From Ignavibacteriota bacterium (lineage in GTDB: Bacteria; Bacteroidota; Ignavibacteria; UBA10030; UBA6906), in NCBI GenBank assembly GCA_963752915.1, contig CAVVZZ010000002.1:129092-193091 (forward strand): 64,000 bases of DNA, in the 5' to 3' direction. Below, in pieces: positions 10,102 to 20,485 of this stretch. Made by a program: the position numbers and the translations under genes. The first letter of the stretch is position 1. Each line of letters opens with the position of its first letter. Below the pieces are notes generated by a model, which searched no databases, was not told where the DNA came from, and worked only from the letters and a program-made list of their open reading frames with translations.

Positions 10102-11525
10102 CGCACCCGTTCGTCCAACACGTGGTCTGCGCTATCGACCACCCGGACATGGAGCGGCATGCTTCCGATGGCGTGGGTGGAACAGGAAAGACAGGGATCA
10201 AAACACCGGATCCCCGCTTCAATCCGGTTCAGCAGGCCTTCGGTGATTTTTGCCCCGTCCAGGTATTGGATGGCAAGCTGTCGCACCGTGCGGTTCATTG
10301 CCAGATTGTTCTGCGCCGTGGCGATCAGAAGATTGACATGCTGGAGCACGCCGTCCTGATTCACCCAGTACTCGTGGAACAGCGTCCCGCGTGGCGCCTC
10401 GCTCGCCCCGATCCCGTGCTCGCGGTTGATCATGGCGCGCGACCGGACCTTCTTGCCGAGGAGAGCCGGATCATTCAGGAGCTGCTCGACTTTCTCGACT
10501 GCGAACAGGAGCTCGATCAGCCGGGCATAATGGTAGTAGAAGGAGTTGTTCACGACGCCCTCCTCCCCTGCCAGCATTTTGAAACGCTTGCGTTCTTCTT
10601 CCGCGAGGGGGGTTGGGATGTAATCGCAGATGTTCACCCGGGCAAGGGGACCGACCCTGTACATCCCCTTCGGATAGCCCATCGGCTTGTAATACGGGAA
10701 CTTGAGATACGACCACGACTCCGATGCTTCGCCGAAGTGTTGACTGTAGTCGGCGGGATCAATCTTGTCATTGAGGATATTCCCGCCACTGTCGGTGACG
10801 CGGAGTGCTCCGTCGTAGTATTCGAGAGCACCGTCCTTCGCCACGAGACCCATGAACAGTGAACGGAAATTCCCGAAGTTCGGGATGTCCTTTTCGAGTC
10901 GGGTATGGATTTCCTTCAGCCGGTCCAGCGCCAGGAGCGATGTTTCCTTTGCCTCGGGGATCCAGGCGAGCAGCGTGTCGCGTTTCGCCGCTTCAAAGGG
11001 CTCGCGCACTCCCCCGGCGACCGCCCAGGGAGTATGGATTTTCCTGCTCCCGAGAACTTCGATGATTTCCTGTCCGAATTTCCTCAGGCGGATTCCGCGA
11101 CGCGCAAATTCCTTGTCCTTCTCGATCAGGCCGAACACGTTGCGGAGAGCGGGATCGCTATCGAAGCCCAGGAGAAAATCAGGCGACGACAGATGGAAGA
11201 AACTCAGCGCATGGGACTGGATCCACTGTGCAAGGGTAATGATGCGGCGGAGGACCTCCGCCGTTTCGGGGATGCCGACCGCGAGGATTGCATCTCCCGC
11301 TTTCGCGGAGGTAATCAAATGACTTGTGGGACAGATTCCGCAGATCCGCGACGTGATCCCGCCCATCTCCCACATCAGGCGGCCTTCGCAAAACTTCTCA
11401 AAGCCACGGAACTCGTTCACATGAAACCGCGCATCTTCCACCGACCCGTCATCATTCATCCGGATGGTGATCTTTGCATGCCCTTCGATCCGTGTTACGG
11501 GCGCGATGGTGATTGTTCTCGACAT
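10098..11525 (-). CDS. hoxH: [NiFe] hydrogenase large subunit, bidirectional NAD(P)-linked type (HoxH)
   Basis: N-terminal [10 protein letters not shown] and C-terminal [12 protein letters not shown] (Ni-binding Cys pairs plus protease cleavage site). Strong similarity pattern to cyanobacterial HoxH; start at Met38 of the track ORF ([16 protein letters not shown]). Confidence 0.9.
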   Translation of the reverse strand: MSRTITIAPVTRIEGHAKITIRMNDDGSVEDARFHVNEFRGFEKFCEGRLMWEMGGITSRICGICPTSHLITSAKAGDAILAVGIPETAEVLRRIITLAQWIQSHALSFFHLSSPDFLLGFDSDPALRNVFGLIEKDKEFARRGIRLRKFGQEIIEVLGSRKIHTPWAVAGGVREPFEAAKRDTLLAWIPEAKETSLLALDRLKEIHTRLEKDIPNFGNFRSLFMGLVAKDGALEYYDGALRVTDSGGNILNDKIDPADYSQHFGEASESWSYLKFPYYKPMGYPKGMYRVGPLARVNICDYIPTPLAEEERKRFKMLAGEEGVVNNSFYYHYARLIELLFAVEKVEQLLNDPALLGKKVRSRAMINREHGIGASEAPRGTLFHEYWVNQDGVLQHVNLLIATAQNNLAMNRTVRQLAIQYLDGAKITEGLLNRIEAGIRCFDPCLSCSTHAIGSMPLHVRVVDSADHVLDERVR

Positions 11526-11568
11526 TCGATCCTCGAAAAGTGAACTGAGAAAGCCGCCGCTTCCACGG

Positions 11569-12105
11569 TTATCCGTACCGGAGATACACCGGGGAGAACG
11601 CGGGCATTCTTCCTTCCAGGAGTTCCTGGATGGCAAACCAGATGGTGTCGGCGGTGGGCGGACAGCCGTGAATGAAGGCGTCGACGGTGATGATCTCGTG
11701 GAGCGGGCGCGCGGTTGTCAGAAGCTCGGCGATCGTCGGATAGTCGCGCGGTACCTGCGGCGTCACGTCCGCGAGTTCCACATAGGCACGGTCAAGCACG
11801 ACGTCCCGGTCATAGGCATTCCGGAGCGCAGTGACGTTCCCGGAGACGGCGCAGTCTCCGAAGGAGACGACGAACCGGGAATTGCGCCGGACCTTCCTTG
11901 CCTCCTCCGCATTCTCATTGTTCGTGACCGCACCTTCCACCAACGTCACATCCACATCGCGCGGAAACTCCTTGATGTCCGCAAGCGGGGAGTAGACAAG
12001 GTCGATCTTCCCGGCGAGCTCGATCAGTCGCTCGTCCATGTCGAGAAACGACATATGGCACCCCGAACACCCGCCCAGCCAGACTGTTGCAACTCTCGGT
12101 TTCAT
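11569..12105 (-). CDS. hoxY: [NiFe] hydrogenase small subunit HoxY
   Basis: [17 protein letters not shown] motif of NuoB-like hydrogenase small subunits. Start at the internal Met ([10 protein letters not shown]). Confidence 0.85.
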   Translation of the reverse strand: MKPRVATVWLGGCSGCHMSFLDMDERLIELAGKIDLVYSPLADIKEFPRDVDVTLVEGAVTNNENAEEARKVRRNSRFVVSFGDCAVSGNVTALRNAYDRDVVLDRAYVELADVTPQVPRDYPTIAELLTTARPLHEIITVDAFIHGCPPTADTIWFAIQELLEGRMPAFSPVYLRYG

Positions 12106-12118
12106 CGGTTCGTGGCTC

Positions 12119-12850
12119 CTATTCGTCTTCATGGATGTTGATCCACTCGCGTTTCAGCCGCGCAGTGACAATGTATTTCAGAAAGTCCGTCTTCTTTTCC
12201 ATCTCTGCGACGTTCTCCCCCTTCGTGATCAGGGCTCCGGTGGGGCAGACGAGGACGCACTTGCCGCATGCCGTGCACGATTCGGACTCACCCCACGGCT
12301 GGTTCATATCGGCAATGATGGTGCAATGGATGCCGCGGTTCGCGATGTCCCACACGTGCGCGCCCTCCACCTCGTGACACACCCTGACGCAACGGTTGCA
12401 CAGGACGCACCGGTTGTGGTCCATGATGAAATCTTTGTGCGTGGCATCAACCGTCTTCCGCGGATACAAGTACGGGACCCGCGTGTGTGTCAGGCCGACC
12501 TCATAGGCCAGGTTCTGCAGCTCGCAGTGGTTGTTCACGATGCACACGGCGCACTGGTGGTTGCCTTCAGAGGCAAGGAACTCGATGATGGTCCGACGGT
12601 GCCGTTGCAGGCGCTCGGTATTGGTCCGGACGACCATCCCTTCCTGCGGCCGTGTTGTGCACGCCGGGAACAGCTTCGGGGATCCTTCGATTTCCACCAG
12701 GCAGAGCCTGCACGCGCCCACATCGGAAAGCCCGTCCAAATGGCAGAGCGTCGGAATCCGGATGCCGTGCTGAGTGGCAATTTCGAGAATGGACTCCTCG
12801 TCGTTCCCGCTGAGCTGTTCGCCATCGATTGTCAGAGTGAGAATTGCCAT
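12119..12850 (-). CDS. hoxU: diaphorase subunit HoxU (2Fe-2S plus 4Fe-4S, NuoG-like)
   Basis: N-terminal 2Fe-2S ferredoxin Cys pattern (CHLDGLSDVGACRLC) followed by CxxCxxC 4Fe-4S motifs. Confidence 0.85.
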   Translation of the reverse strand: MAILTLTIDGEQLSGNDEESILEIATQHGIRIPTLCHLDGLSDVGACRLCLVEIEGSPKLFPACTTRPQEGMVVRTNTERLQRHRRTIIEFLASEGNHQCAVCIVNNHCELQNLAYEVGLTHTRVPYLYPRKTVDATHKDFIMDHNRCVLCNRCVRVCHEVEGAHVWDIANRGIHCTIIADMNQPWGESESCTACGKCVLVCPTGALITKGENVAEMEKKTDFLKYIVTARLKREWINIHEDE

Positions 12851-12861
12851 GAGCGTCCCTG

Positions 12862-14511
12862 TTATGCGTGCTGTATTCCGGAATCCTTGCCGGACGGGAC
12901 GAACCCTTCCGACGGGATCAGGAGCTTTTCATATTCATGACGGAAAAACCGCAACGTGGATAGCACGGGGTTGGGAGCCGCCTGTCCGAGGCCGCAAAGA
13001 CTGGTCTCTTTTACCATCGTGCAGAGTTCCTCCAGCAGCGCGAGATCCTCTTTTGTCCCCTTTCCCGCGCTGATTTTGTCAAGCAGTTTGAAGATGTGGA
13101 CGGTCCCGACCCTGCACGGGATGCATTTCCCGCACGACTCATCCATGCAAAAGTCCATAAAGTATTTCGCGACGTCGACCATTCCCGACGTTGAATCCAT
13201 GACAATCATGCCGCCGCTTCCCATTATGGAGCCCACCGTCGCGAGCGATTCATAATCCACGGGGAGATCGAGATGTTCCCGGGGGATGCAACCACCGGAC
13301 GGACCTCCCGTCTGGGCGGCTTTGAATTCCGTCCCTTCCGGTGTCCCTCCGCCGATATCGAAGATGATCTTCCGCAGCGGGATGCCCATCGGGACTTCGA
13401 TGAGGCCGGTATTCCGGATGTTTCCTGCAAGCGCGAAGACTTTTGTGCCCGTGCTCTTCGGCGTCCCGATGGAGGAGAACCAGGCGCTCCCCTTCCTGAT
13501 GATCGGCGCGACGTTCGCGTAGGTCTCAACATTGTTGATGAGGGTTGGCTTGCCCCAGAGGCCGCGTTCGGATGGATACGGAGGCCGGGGACGCGGACGT
13601 CCGCGCTTGCCTTCGATCGACCTGAGCAATGCGGTCTCTTCGCCGCAGACAAATGCGCCTGCGCCGATGCGAAGATCGATCCGGAAGTTGAATTGCGATT
13701 CGAAGATCCTGTTGCCGAGAAGGCCGAGACGCTCCGCCTGTTTGATCGCCAGCCGGAGCCGGTCGATCGCCAGCGGATATTCCGCGCGCACATAGATGTA
13801 TCCCTGATTCGCGCCCACCGCGTATCCGGCGATCGCCATTCCTTCAAGAACACGATGCGGGTCCCCTTCGAGAACCGATCGGTCCATGAATGCGCCGGGA
13901 TCGCCTTCGTCGGCGTTGCACACGGCGTACTTCTGGTCGCCCTTGGCTTTCCGGACAATTCCCCATTTCAATCCGGTCGGATACCCGGCTCCGCCTCTGC
14001 CGCGAAGGCCGCTCTTGCGTACCTCCTCGATGACGTCCGGCGGCTGCATCTCGGTCACGACCTTTGCCAACGCCTCATAGCCGTCTGCAGCGATGTACTC
14101 TTCGATGCTTTCCGCATTGATCTTGCCGCAGTTCTCAAGGACGATCTTGTGCTGCGCCGCAAAGAACGGGGCATTGTTGTCAAGAAGATGATCGTCGATC
14201 TTCTTCCCTCGGACAAGATGGTCTTCGACGATCTTCCTGCCGGTCGCATCGTCGACCCGTTCGTACACGCTCCCGTCAGACGAAACCTTCACCAGGGGAC
14301 CTTCACCGCAAAGGCCCATGCAGCCGGTCCCCAGCACCTCGACCTCTTTTTCGAGGCCGTGTTCTGTCAACGCCTTCTTGATGGCGTCGCGGGCGGCGAG
14401 ACTGCCGCAGGAAACACATCCGGCGGCGGCGCAATAGAGTATGCGATCGCGAAACTTCTTTTGACGATTGCGCTCTTCCTCTGCAAGCTCACGCAGGTCT
14501 TCGACGGTCAT
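12862..14511 (-). CDS. hoxF: diaphorase flavoprotein subunit HoxF (NuoF-like, NAD(P)H/FMN-binding)
   Basis: [20 protein letters not shown] site, CGKCxPCR 4Fe-4S, N-terminal thioredoxin-like 2Fe-2S segment. ATGA overlap with the hoxE stop. Confidence 0.9.
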   Translation of the reverse strand: MTVEDLRELAEEERNRQKKFRDRILYCAAAGCVSCGSLAARDAIKKALTEHGLEKEVEVLGTGCMGLCGEGPLVKVSSDGSVYERVDDATGRKIVEDHLVRGKKIDDHLLDNNAPFFAAQHKIVLENCGKINAESIEEYIAADGYEALAKVVTEMQPPDVIEEVRKSGLRGRGGAGYPTGLKWGIVRKAKGDQKYAVCNADEGDPGAFMDRSVLEGDPHRVLEGMAIAGYAVGANQGYIYVRAEYPLAIDRLRLAIKQAERLGLLGNRIFESQFNFRIDLRIGAGAFVCGEETALLRSIEGKRGRPRPRPPYPSERGLWGKPTLINNVETYANVAPIIRKGSAWFSSIGTPKSTGTKVFALAGNIRNTGLIEVPMGIPLRKIIFDIGGGTPEGTEFKAAQTGGPSGGCIPREHLDLPVDYESLATVGSIMGSGGMIVMDSTSGMVDVAKYFMDFCMDESCGKCIPCRVGTVHIFKLLDKISAGKGTKEDLALLEELCTMVKETSLCGLGQAAPNPVLSTLRFFRHEYEKLLIPSEGFVPSGKDSGIQHA

Positions 14512-15065
14512 GCTGCCACCTCCGCTGGCTGTTCCTGCCATTTCTTGATCCGGTCGACTGCACTGTCAGCAGTCAGCTTTCCCGCGACGTTATTGTCGAC
14601 CACCGCAACCGGGGCAAGCCCGCACGACCCTACACAGCGGGCGGACATCAGCGATACCTTGTTGTCGGCGGTCGTCTCTCCGAGTTTACAGTTGCAGTAC
14701 TGTTCCACGGCTCTCTGAATCGCCTCCGCGCCTTTCACGTGGCATGCCGTCCCCGTGCAAAGCACAAATGTGTGCTCGCCCTTGGGCTTGAGCGCGAAAA
14801 AGTGATAGAACGTCGCCACCCCGTACACCCGGCTCAGGGGGAGTTTCAATGATCGGGCGACATAGATCAGGAGATCGTTTTCGAGGAATCCGAAAATCCC
14901 CTGCGCTGCATGGAGGACTTCGATCAGCGCGTCACCGCTGTTATGATGTTTCGTGATGGCGCGATCGAGCAGCTTGAATCGATTATCGCCGCTGGGATGC
15001 TGTAAAGGAGTATTCAATGGAGTGTTCGAATTGATGAGAGATCCGGTAACAGTTGCCGGGTGCAA
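14508..15065 (-). CDS. hoxE: diaphorase subunit HoxE (NuoE-like 2Fe-2S); start codon uncertain (TTG at 15065 or downstream)
   Basis: [12 protein letters not shown]...LIEVLH...[10 protein letters not shown]...CVGSCGLAP, matching the NuoE/HoxE family including the cyanobacterial-type N-terminal extension. Confidence 0.8.
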   Translation of the reverse strand: MHPATVTGSLINSNTPLNTPLQHPSGDNRFKLLDRAITKHHNSGDALIEVLHAAQGIFGFLENDLLIYVARSLKLPLSRVYGVATFYHFFALKPKGEHTFVLCTGTACHVKGAEAIQRAVEQYCNCKLGETTADNKVSLMSARCVGSCGLAPVAVVDNNVAGKLTADSAVDRIKKWQEQPAEVAA

Positions 15066-15310
15066 AGAAAGTCAGTGGATTAACCAATGTGCAATCGGCA
15101 TGCCACAGAAATTCGCAGATCCAGAGGACAATTGGCGGCAGGACTGGGTGAGCCTCGATCTCCTTTTCACAAATAGGAATTTTCGGCCGTTGCGAATGTC
15201 AGCAGTAACGACTCGGAAAGATCGTTGGGAGATCCAGTGTCTCGATGGAAGATGCTTGGAAGAGCAGCGGAAGCGTACGGCCGGGTCGACCGGCCAGAGC
15301 ATCACACGAC

Positions 15311-15976
15311 TCAGATCGCAGGGTTCGACGGCCGTGATTGCTGGACCAGCCATTGACACCATTCCTCCATCCCGGCGTTCGTCAGAGCGGAGGTCTCGAA
15401 GATCGTGAGATGGGGATTGATCGAGAGAGCGTTCTTCCGGAGAACCTCCGGTCGGGCATTGATATATGGAACGAGGTCGATCTTGTTGATGAGAAGCACG
15501 CCCGCATTCCGGAACATCGCGGGGTACTTCAAGGGCTTGTCATCCCCTTCGGTCGTGCTCGCGACCACGACCTTCACATTCTCGCCCAGGTCATAGTTCG
15601 CCGGGCAGACAAGGTTTCCGACGTTTTCGATCACGAGGAGATCAAGCTCGGAAAGCGGGATCGCTGCCAGTGCCTCGCGGACCAGGTTCGCTTCAAGGTG
15701 ACACCCCCCACGTGTTACGATTTGCACCGCAGGGATGCCGTAGCGTTCGATGCGCCGTGCATCGATGTCGGTTTGCACATCGCCCTCGACGACGGCAAGA
15801 CGGACCTGCCCCTTGAGAAGCTCGATCGTCTTCTCCAGGATGGTGGTCTTCCCTGCCCCCGGAGAGCTTACCATATTAATGACGTACACGCCGTTCTCCG
15901 TGAACAGCGTCCTGTTCCGGAGCGCGACTTCATCATTCTTCTCCAGGACTTTTCGTTCGATCGTAAGGACACTCAT
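15311..15976 (-). CDS. hypB: hydrogenase nickel-incorporation GTPase HypB
   Basis: P-loop SPGAGKTT, CH motif, ENVGNLVCP (G-domain with metal-binding Cys). Confidence 0.9.
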   Translation of the reverse strand: MSVLTIERKVLEKNDEVALRNRTLFTENGVYVINMVSSPGAGKTTILEKTIELLKGQVRLAVVEGDVQTDIDARRIERYGIPAVQIVTRGGCHLEANLVREALAAIPLSELDLLVIENVGNLVCPANYDLGENVKVVVASTTEGDDKPLKYPAMFRNAGVLLINKIDLVPYINARPEVLRKNALSINPHLTIFETSALTNAGMEEWCQWLVQQSRPSNPAI

Positions 15977-16347
15977 GTGACACCCTCTTCCGCATCGTCC
16001 AGTTCAACTTCAAGAACGCGCATTTCCGTGCCGCCCGTGATCTCCCCTTCAGTACTCCCGCAGTGCGGGCACAGCATCATGCCATCGGCCGGAGTGGAGG
16101 TGGCACCGCAGGACCGGCAGCGTATCGTAAATGGAACCGTTTCGATGGCGAGGCGGGCACGGGTGAATGGAGACTCCGCGACGATGGCTTCAAAACAAAA
16201 CTCCAACGAATCGGCCACGATCCCTGCCTGCACGCCGACGACGACCTTGACCGTCCGGACGAGCGACCGCTCTTTCTGCGGGACATACCGCTCGACGATG
16301 GAAAGAATATTCTCGGCAATGGAAAGCTCATGCACGGAATTGCTCAC
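15973..16347 (-). CDS. hypA: hydrogenase nickel-insertion protein HypA
   Basis: MHELS N-terminal motif and C-terminal CxxC...CxxC zinc site. ATGA overlap with hypB. Confidence 0.85.
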   Translation of the reverse strand: MSNSVHELSIAENILSIVERYVPQKERSLVRTVKVVVGVQAGIVADSLEFCFEAIVAESPFTRARLAIETVPFTIRCRSCGATSTPADGMMLCPHCGSTEGEITGGTEMRVLEVELDDAEEGVT

Positions 16348-16820
16348 CGTTCCTTTCCGTTCTCCTCCGGCGGCTGCCAGTCGATCCCATACCAGAGCAC
16401 GTACCCGTCGCCGGCGTTGTCTTCGTCAAGGCTGACGTAGGTGTCCCCGCTCAACCACTGCCAGAAATTGGATTCGGTGACCTTGCCTTCGCCGAAGCGA
16501 TCCGTCAGATAGGACAGCAACGATGTGGTATTGTCGCGCCCGCGCGTCATGATCACGATCCCGGAGAATGCACCGTTGTTGAACTCGAATTCGCAGTCCT
16601 CCAGATCCGCCTTCCCAAGACTGTCGACCCGCACCTTCACCTGATCCGCCCGTTCATCCAACTCCGATGGTGAGAACGAACCCGTGCGCTCTATGCGCAG
16701 ATACGGCGTTCCCCAGGGATATCCCGGGAAATCCGGTTTCGTTTGACTGCCGGCTGAGCACGTCAGACCCAGGACAACGATCAGAATCCGCGTAACCATG
16801 GAAGCTCGGGGAAACGCCAT
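16344..16820 (-). CDS. secreted/lipoprotein-like hypothetical protein, first gene of the hyp-hox transcription unit
   Basis: Signal-peptide-like N-terminus (ILIVVLGLTCSAGSQ). 4-nt overlap with the hypA start. No family recognised. Confidence 0.5.
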   Translation of the reverse strand: MAFPRASMVTRILIVVLGLTCSAGSQTKPDFPGYPWGTPYLRIERTGSFSPSELDERADQVKVRVDSLGKADLEDCEFEFNNGAFSGIVIMTRGRDNTTSLLSYLTDRFGEGKVTESNFWQWLSGDTYVSLDEDNAGDGYVLWYGIDWQPPEENGKER

Positions 16821-16902
16821 GGTACGGTGCCGCCTATCCGAACCGCAGGAATATTTTCATCTCCCTCTCGCGGAATTACCCGGAACAAGCACGTTGTTGA
16901 TC

Positions 16903-16954
16903 ATTGTAGGGAACCCCGTCCTGAATTGCAATTGGGCCAAAGCATCTCTATAAT
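16903..16954. promoter_or_regulatory. back-to-back divergent sigma70-type promoters sharing one palindromic -35 (AATTGCAATT): TTGCAA-N17-TATAAT toward glnD (+) and TTGCAA-N17-TACAAT toward the hyp/hox unit (-)
   Basis: Plus strand: TTGCAA 16926-16931, 17-nt spacer, TATAAT 16949-16954, about 33 nt before the glnD ATG. Minus strand: the same hexamer read in reverse, 17-nt spacer, TACAAT (plus ATTGTA 16903-16908). Confidence 0.55.
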
Positions 16955-16986
16955 TCCAACAGGCCAAAATTCCCATACCACTATCC

Positions 16987-19647
16987 ATGTCGACGACTGA
17001 CAAAGCTTCTGCAGCGTTCAAGTCGCATCTGGACGCTGCGCGCGACGAGAACATCAGGGCTTTCCGTGCCGACCGCGACGGCATCGCCCTCTGCACCTCC
17101 ATGACGCAGTCCATGGACCGGGCACTGGCTGAAGCGCATGCGCTTCTCCCCTCGTCCGACGGTGAGCGGATTGCGATTCTCGCGCTCGGGGGCTATGGAC
17201 GCAACGAGCTGTTCCCCCATTCCGACGTCGATGTCATGATTCTTGTCCCCGAAGGGGAGAAAGGTTCTGGCTCGGGGTCCGTCGCAAAGGAATTTCTCCA
17301 CCATCTCTGGAACGCGGGGCTCACTGTCGGGCACAGTGTCCGGACCATCGAGGAGGCGCTCATGCAGTACGGCGCCGCGATCGATGCCTGGATTTCGATG
17401 CTGGAATGCCGGCAGATCTGCGGGAACACGGCGCTCTACGACGGTCTTCGTGATGCGATTCGGAAGAAGATGCGCGCCTCCGATAAGCACTGGTTCATCG
17501 CTTCAACCCTCGAAGAAGCCAATGCACGGCATTCCCGCTACGGGAGCTCCGTGAAACTCCTGGAACCGAACGTCAAGAAGAGTGCTGGGGGCCTGCGCGA
17601 CCTGCAAACAGTCTACTGGTTGTACCGGGGATGCGAAGAGGGCTATCTGGACTTTCCGTCGCCCTCGAAACCGGCGACCGTGACGTTCTTGGACAGGCTG
17701 CACGAGGATGGGGTTCTGAATGACGATACACACCAGTCCGCTGTCGCCGCGCTCGCGTTTCTCTTTCGCGTCCGCGGGGCGATCCACAGCGATCGCGATA
17801 CGCCGAACGAAACCCTCGAGTATGCGCTCCAGCGAAGCGTTGCTGAACAACTCGGCTACAACGAGGAAGGCGGGCTGCGCTCCGTGGAAGTCTTTATGCG
17901 CGACTACTACCGTCACGCCCGTACCGTCCATAGCCTGTTCCACAGACTCGGGGGCAGGTTTCATGAACAGTTGCTCCCCCCTCGACGGATCTGGAACCGC
18001 GGCAAGAAAGCGGGCAGCGCCTTTCGTCTGCGGGAGGACAAACTCGTTCTCGACGATCCATCAACGCCGCTGGCCTCTGCCGACCAGGTGCTCGAAGCGT
18101 TCGAACTCGCCGCGGGAAACGGGGCTGAGATTGACACGATCCTGCGAAGCGCGATCGAACACGCCTCCACACTGATCACCCCGGAAACAGGCGCAACACA
18201 AACAGGCGCCGCAACGCTCAGGAAGATCTTTCTCTCTTCCCGGGTCGGCCTGACACTCCGGGCCATGAATGACACCGGCATTCTCGGACGACTCGTCCCG
18301 GAGTTCGGCGACCTCATCGCCTTCTTCCAGCACAACGTCTACCACTACTACACCGCGGACGAACACACGCTGATCGCGCTGGCGAATGCGGAGGCGCTCC
18401 GCGACTCCCAGGGATTTCTCCACGAAGTCTTCCGGACGCTGCGCCACCGGGAATTGCTCTATCTCGCGACCTTCCTCCACGACATTGCAAAACCACTCGG
18501 GGTCTCCGATCACGAGATTACCGGCGTGCCGATTGCGAAGAGCGTCGTGACACGCATGGGCTTCGCCGAGCTCGCCGACGATGTCGGATTTCTCGTCCGG
18601 CACCATCTGGCCATGGAACAGATCGCGTTCCGTCGGAACATCAACGACCCGGCGACGATCCGTGAGTTCGCGGGGAAGTTCGACAATCCGGCATTGCTGG
18701 AGTATCTCTACCTGCTGACGTTCGCGGACCTTTCCGCGGTCAACCCCAGCGTCTGGACCGAATGGAAAGCGCTGATGCTTCAGGAGCTGTATCAGCGGAC
18801 GTCGGAAGTCCTCCTTCGGAACCTGAAGGGGGAGGAAGTGGACCGGATGCACTCCGCGCGAAAGGAGGAAAAGAAGCTCGAGATTGTGCGGGAACTGCGT
18901 TCGGAATTCCCTGAAGCAAACATCATGAAACATCTGGACGGTATCCCGAATGCCGCGTACACCTCGGTGTTCTCCCCCGGCGAGATCGGCAGGCATCTCC
19001 GGCTTGGGACACTGCGCGAAGGGGTCGACCTCCACTTCGAACACGGCGAGGGATGGACCGAAGTGACGATCATCGCACCCGACGCTCCCGGCGCGCTTTC
19101 GAAATTCTGCGCGGTCCTCGCAGCCAACGACGCCTCCATCTTCACCGCCGATATCTTTACCCGGGACGATGGAATTATCTTCGACCGCTTTCGCGTCCAC
19201 GACATCTCTTCAGGAGGAGTGCTCACGCAGAAGAGCTGCACGAAGATTAAGGAAGACGTCCGGAACGTCCTGACCGGGGCACTCGAAATTGATCAGCTGT
19301 TCCTCGAGCATCATCGGAAATGGAAACGGCGGCCGAAAAAGCCGGAGAATCCAAATATCCGGACGGATGTCCAGTTCGAGGATTCGCCCTCGTTCACGAT
19401 CATCGACGTGTATGCCCCCGACCGGGTGGGGTTCCTGTACCGGGTGACCGAAGCGATATCGCGCGCCGGGCTGGATATCTTCTTCGCGAAAATTGCAACC
19501 CGGGTTGACGGTATCGTGGATGCCTTCTATGTCCGGGAGCGCGCCACCGGTCTTCCCGTCACCGATCCGACGAGAAAGAATGACGTCACGCGTGGGATCA
19601 TGTCCGCCCTGCAAAGCATGGCCCTCAGGGAATTGACGGGAGAATAA
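16987..19647 (+). CDS. glnD: [protein-PII] uridylyltransferase/uridylyl-removing enzyme GlnD
   Basis: N-terminal nucleotidyltransferase (GGYGRNELFPHSDVDV), HD domain (H..HD..K), two C-terminal ACT domains. 886 aa. Confidence 0.85.
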   Translation: MSTTDKASAAFKSHLDAARDENIRAFRADRDGIALCTSMTQSMDRALAEAHALLPSSDGERIAILALGGYGRNELFPHSDVDVMILVPEGEKGSGSGSVAKEFLHHLWNAGLTVGHSVRTIEEALMQYGAAIDAWISMLECRQICGNTALYDGLRDAIRKKMRASDKHWFIASTLEEANARHSRYGSSVKLLEPNVKKSAGGLRDLQTVYWLYRGCEEGYLDFPSPSKPATVTFLDRLHEDGVLNDDTHQSAVAALAFLFRVRGAIHSDRDTPNETLEYALQRSVAEQLGYNEEGGLRSVEVFMRDYYRHARTVHSLFHRLGGRFHEQLLPPRRIWNRGKKAGSAFRLREDKLVLDDPSTPLASADQVLEAFELAAGNGAEIDTILRSAIEHASTLITPETGATQTGAATLRKIFLSSRVGLTLRAMNDTGILGRLVPEFGDLIAFFQHNVYHYYTADEHTLIALANAEALRDSQGFLHEVFRTLRHRELLYLATFLHDIAKPLGVSDHEITGVPIAKSVVTRMGFAELADDVGFLVRHHLAMEQIAFRRNINDPATIREFAGKFDNPALLEYLYLLTFADLSAVNPSVWTEWKALMLQELYQRTSEVLLRNLKGEEVDRMHSARKEEKKLEIVRELRSEFPEANIMKHLDGIPNAAYTSVFSPGEIGRHLRLGTLREGVDLHFEHGEGWTEVTIIAPDAPGALSKFCAVLAANDASIFTADIFTRDDGIIFDRFRVHDISSGGVLTQKSCTKIKEDVRNVLTGALEIDQLFLEHHRKWKRRPKKPENPNIRTDVQFEDSPSFTIIDVYAPDRVGFLYRVTEAISRAGLDIFFAKIATRVDGIVDAFYVRERATGLPVTDPTRKNDVTRGIMSALQSMALRELTGE

Positions 19648-19650
19648 TTC

Positions 19651-20485
19651 ATGACCAGCGATCGCCCTCTCGTGACTCCCGACCAGCGCGTCAGGCCCAT
19701 CGGCGTGTTTGACAGCGGCATCGGGGGCCTGACGGTTGTCCGGGCCCTGAGTGAGCGGCTTCCCCATGAGAACATCGTCTACTTTGGAGACACGGCACGA
19801 GTTCCGTACGGCCCGAAATCTCCGGAGGTCGTGCGCGAATATGCCGCGGACGACGTCGCCCTGTTGCTGCGTTCACGAGATCAAGATGGTCGTTGTGGCC
19901 TGCAACACCGTTTCCGCGGTCGCTCTCGATGTTGTCCAGAGACATGCCCGCGTCCCGGTTGTCGGCGTTATCGTCCCCGGCGCCGAAGCAGCCGTGCGAG
20001 TGACGAAGAAGAAACGGATCGGTGTGATCGGGACGTATGCAACGATCAACAGCAATTCCTATACGAATGCCCTGCGTCAATTGGACCCGGACGTTGAAGT
20101 GTTTTCACAGCCCTGTCCGCTTTTCGTTCCCCTCGCGGAAGAAGGGTGGATGGACCATCCGGTGACGCAAATGATCGCCCGGGAATACCTTTTTCCGTTG
20201 ACACTTCACAAGATCGACACCCTCATCATGGGTTGCACGCACTACCCGGTGCTGCGTGAGGCGATCGCAGCCGTGGTTGGGCCGTCGGTCATGCTCGTCG
20301 ACTCAGGCGCTGCCACCGCCGAAGAAGTGGTCCGCACCCTCGAGGAGAAGAACCTGGTGAACCCAAGCAAACAACGCCCCAACCTTCAATTCTTTGTCAG
20401 CGATATTCCCGCAAAGTTCACCGAAGTCGGAGAACGCTTCCTCGGCCATACCCTTGGAAAGGTCAGGAAGATCGCGTTCGACTAG
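19651..20485 (+). CDS. murI: glutamate racemase MurI; apparent 1-bp insertion frameshift near 19870-19873
   Basis: N-terminal [13 protein letters not shown]...[11 protein letters not shown] in frame 1 (ORF 19651..20097). Remainder (VVACNTVSA...GCTHYP) in the +1 frame (ORF 19751..20485). Removing one base gives a contiguous [16 protein letters not shown]. Confidence 0.75.

Noticed and set aside
18061-19200. 379-aa minus-strand ORF antisense to glnD; similarly 26458..27501 antisense to metK, 33726..35120 antisense to the Omp85 fusion, 58000..59211 antisense to hutI, and 59275..60240 antisense to the HExxH protein
   Set aside because: Same reasoning: the opposite strand carries strongly supported genes, and these products lack any recognisable domain and are compositionally biased.
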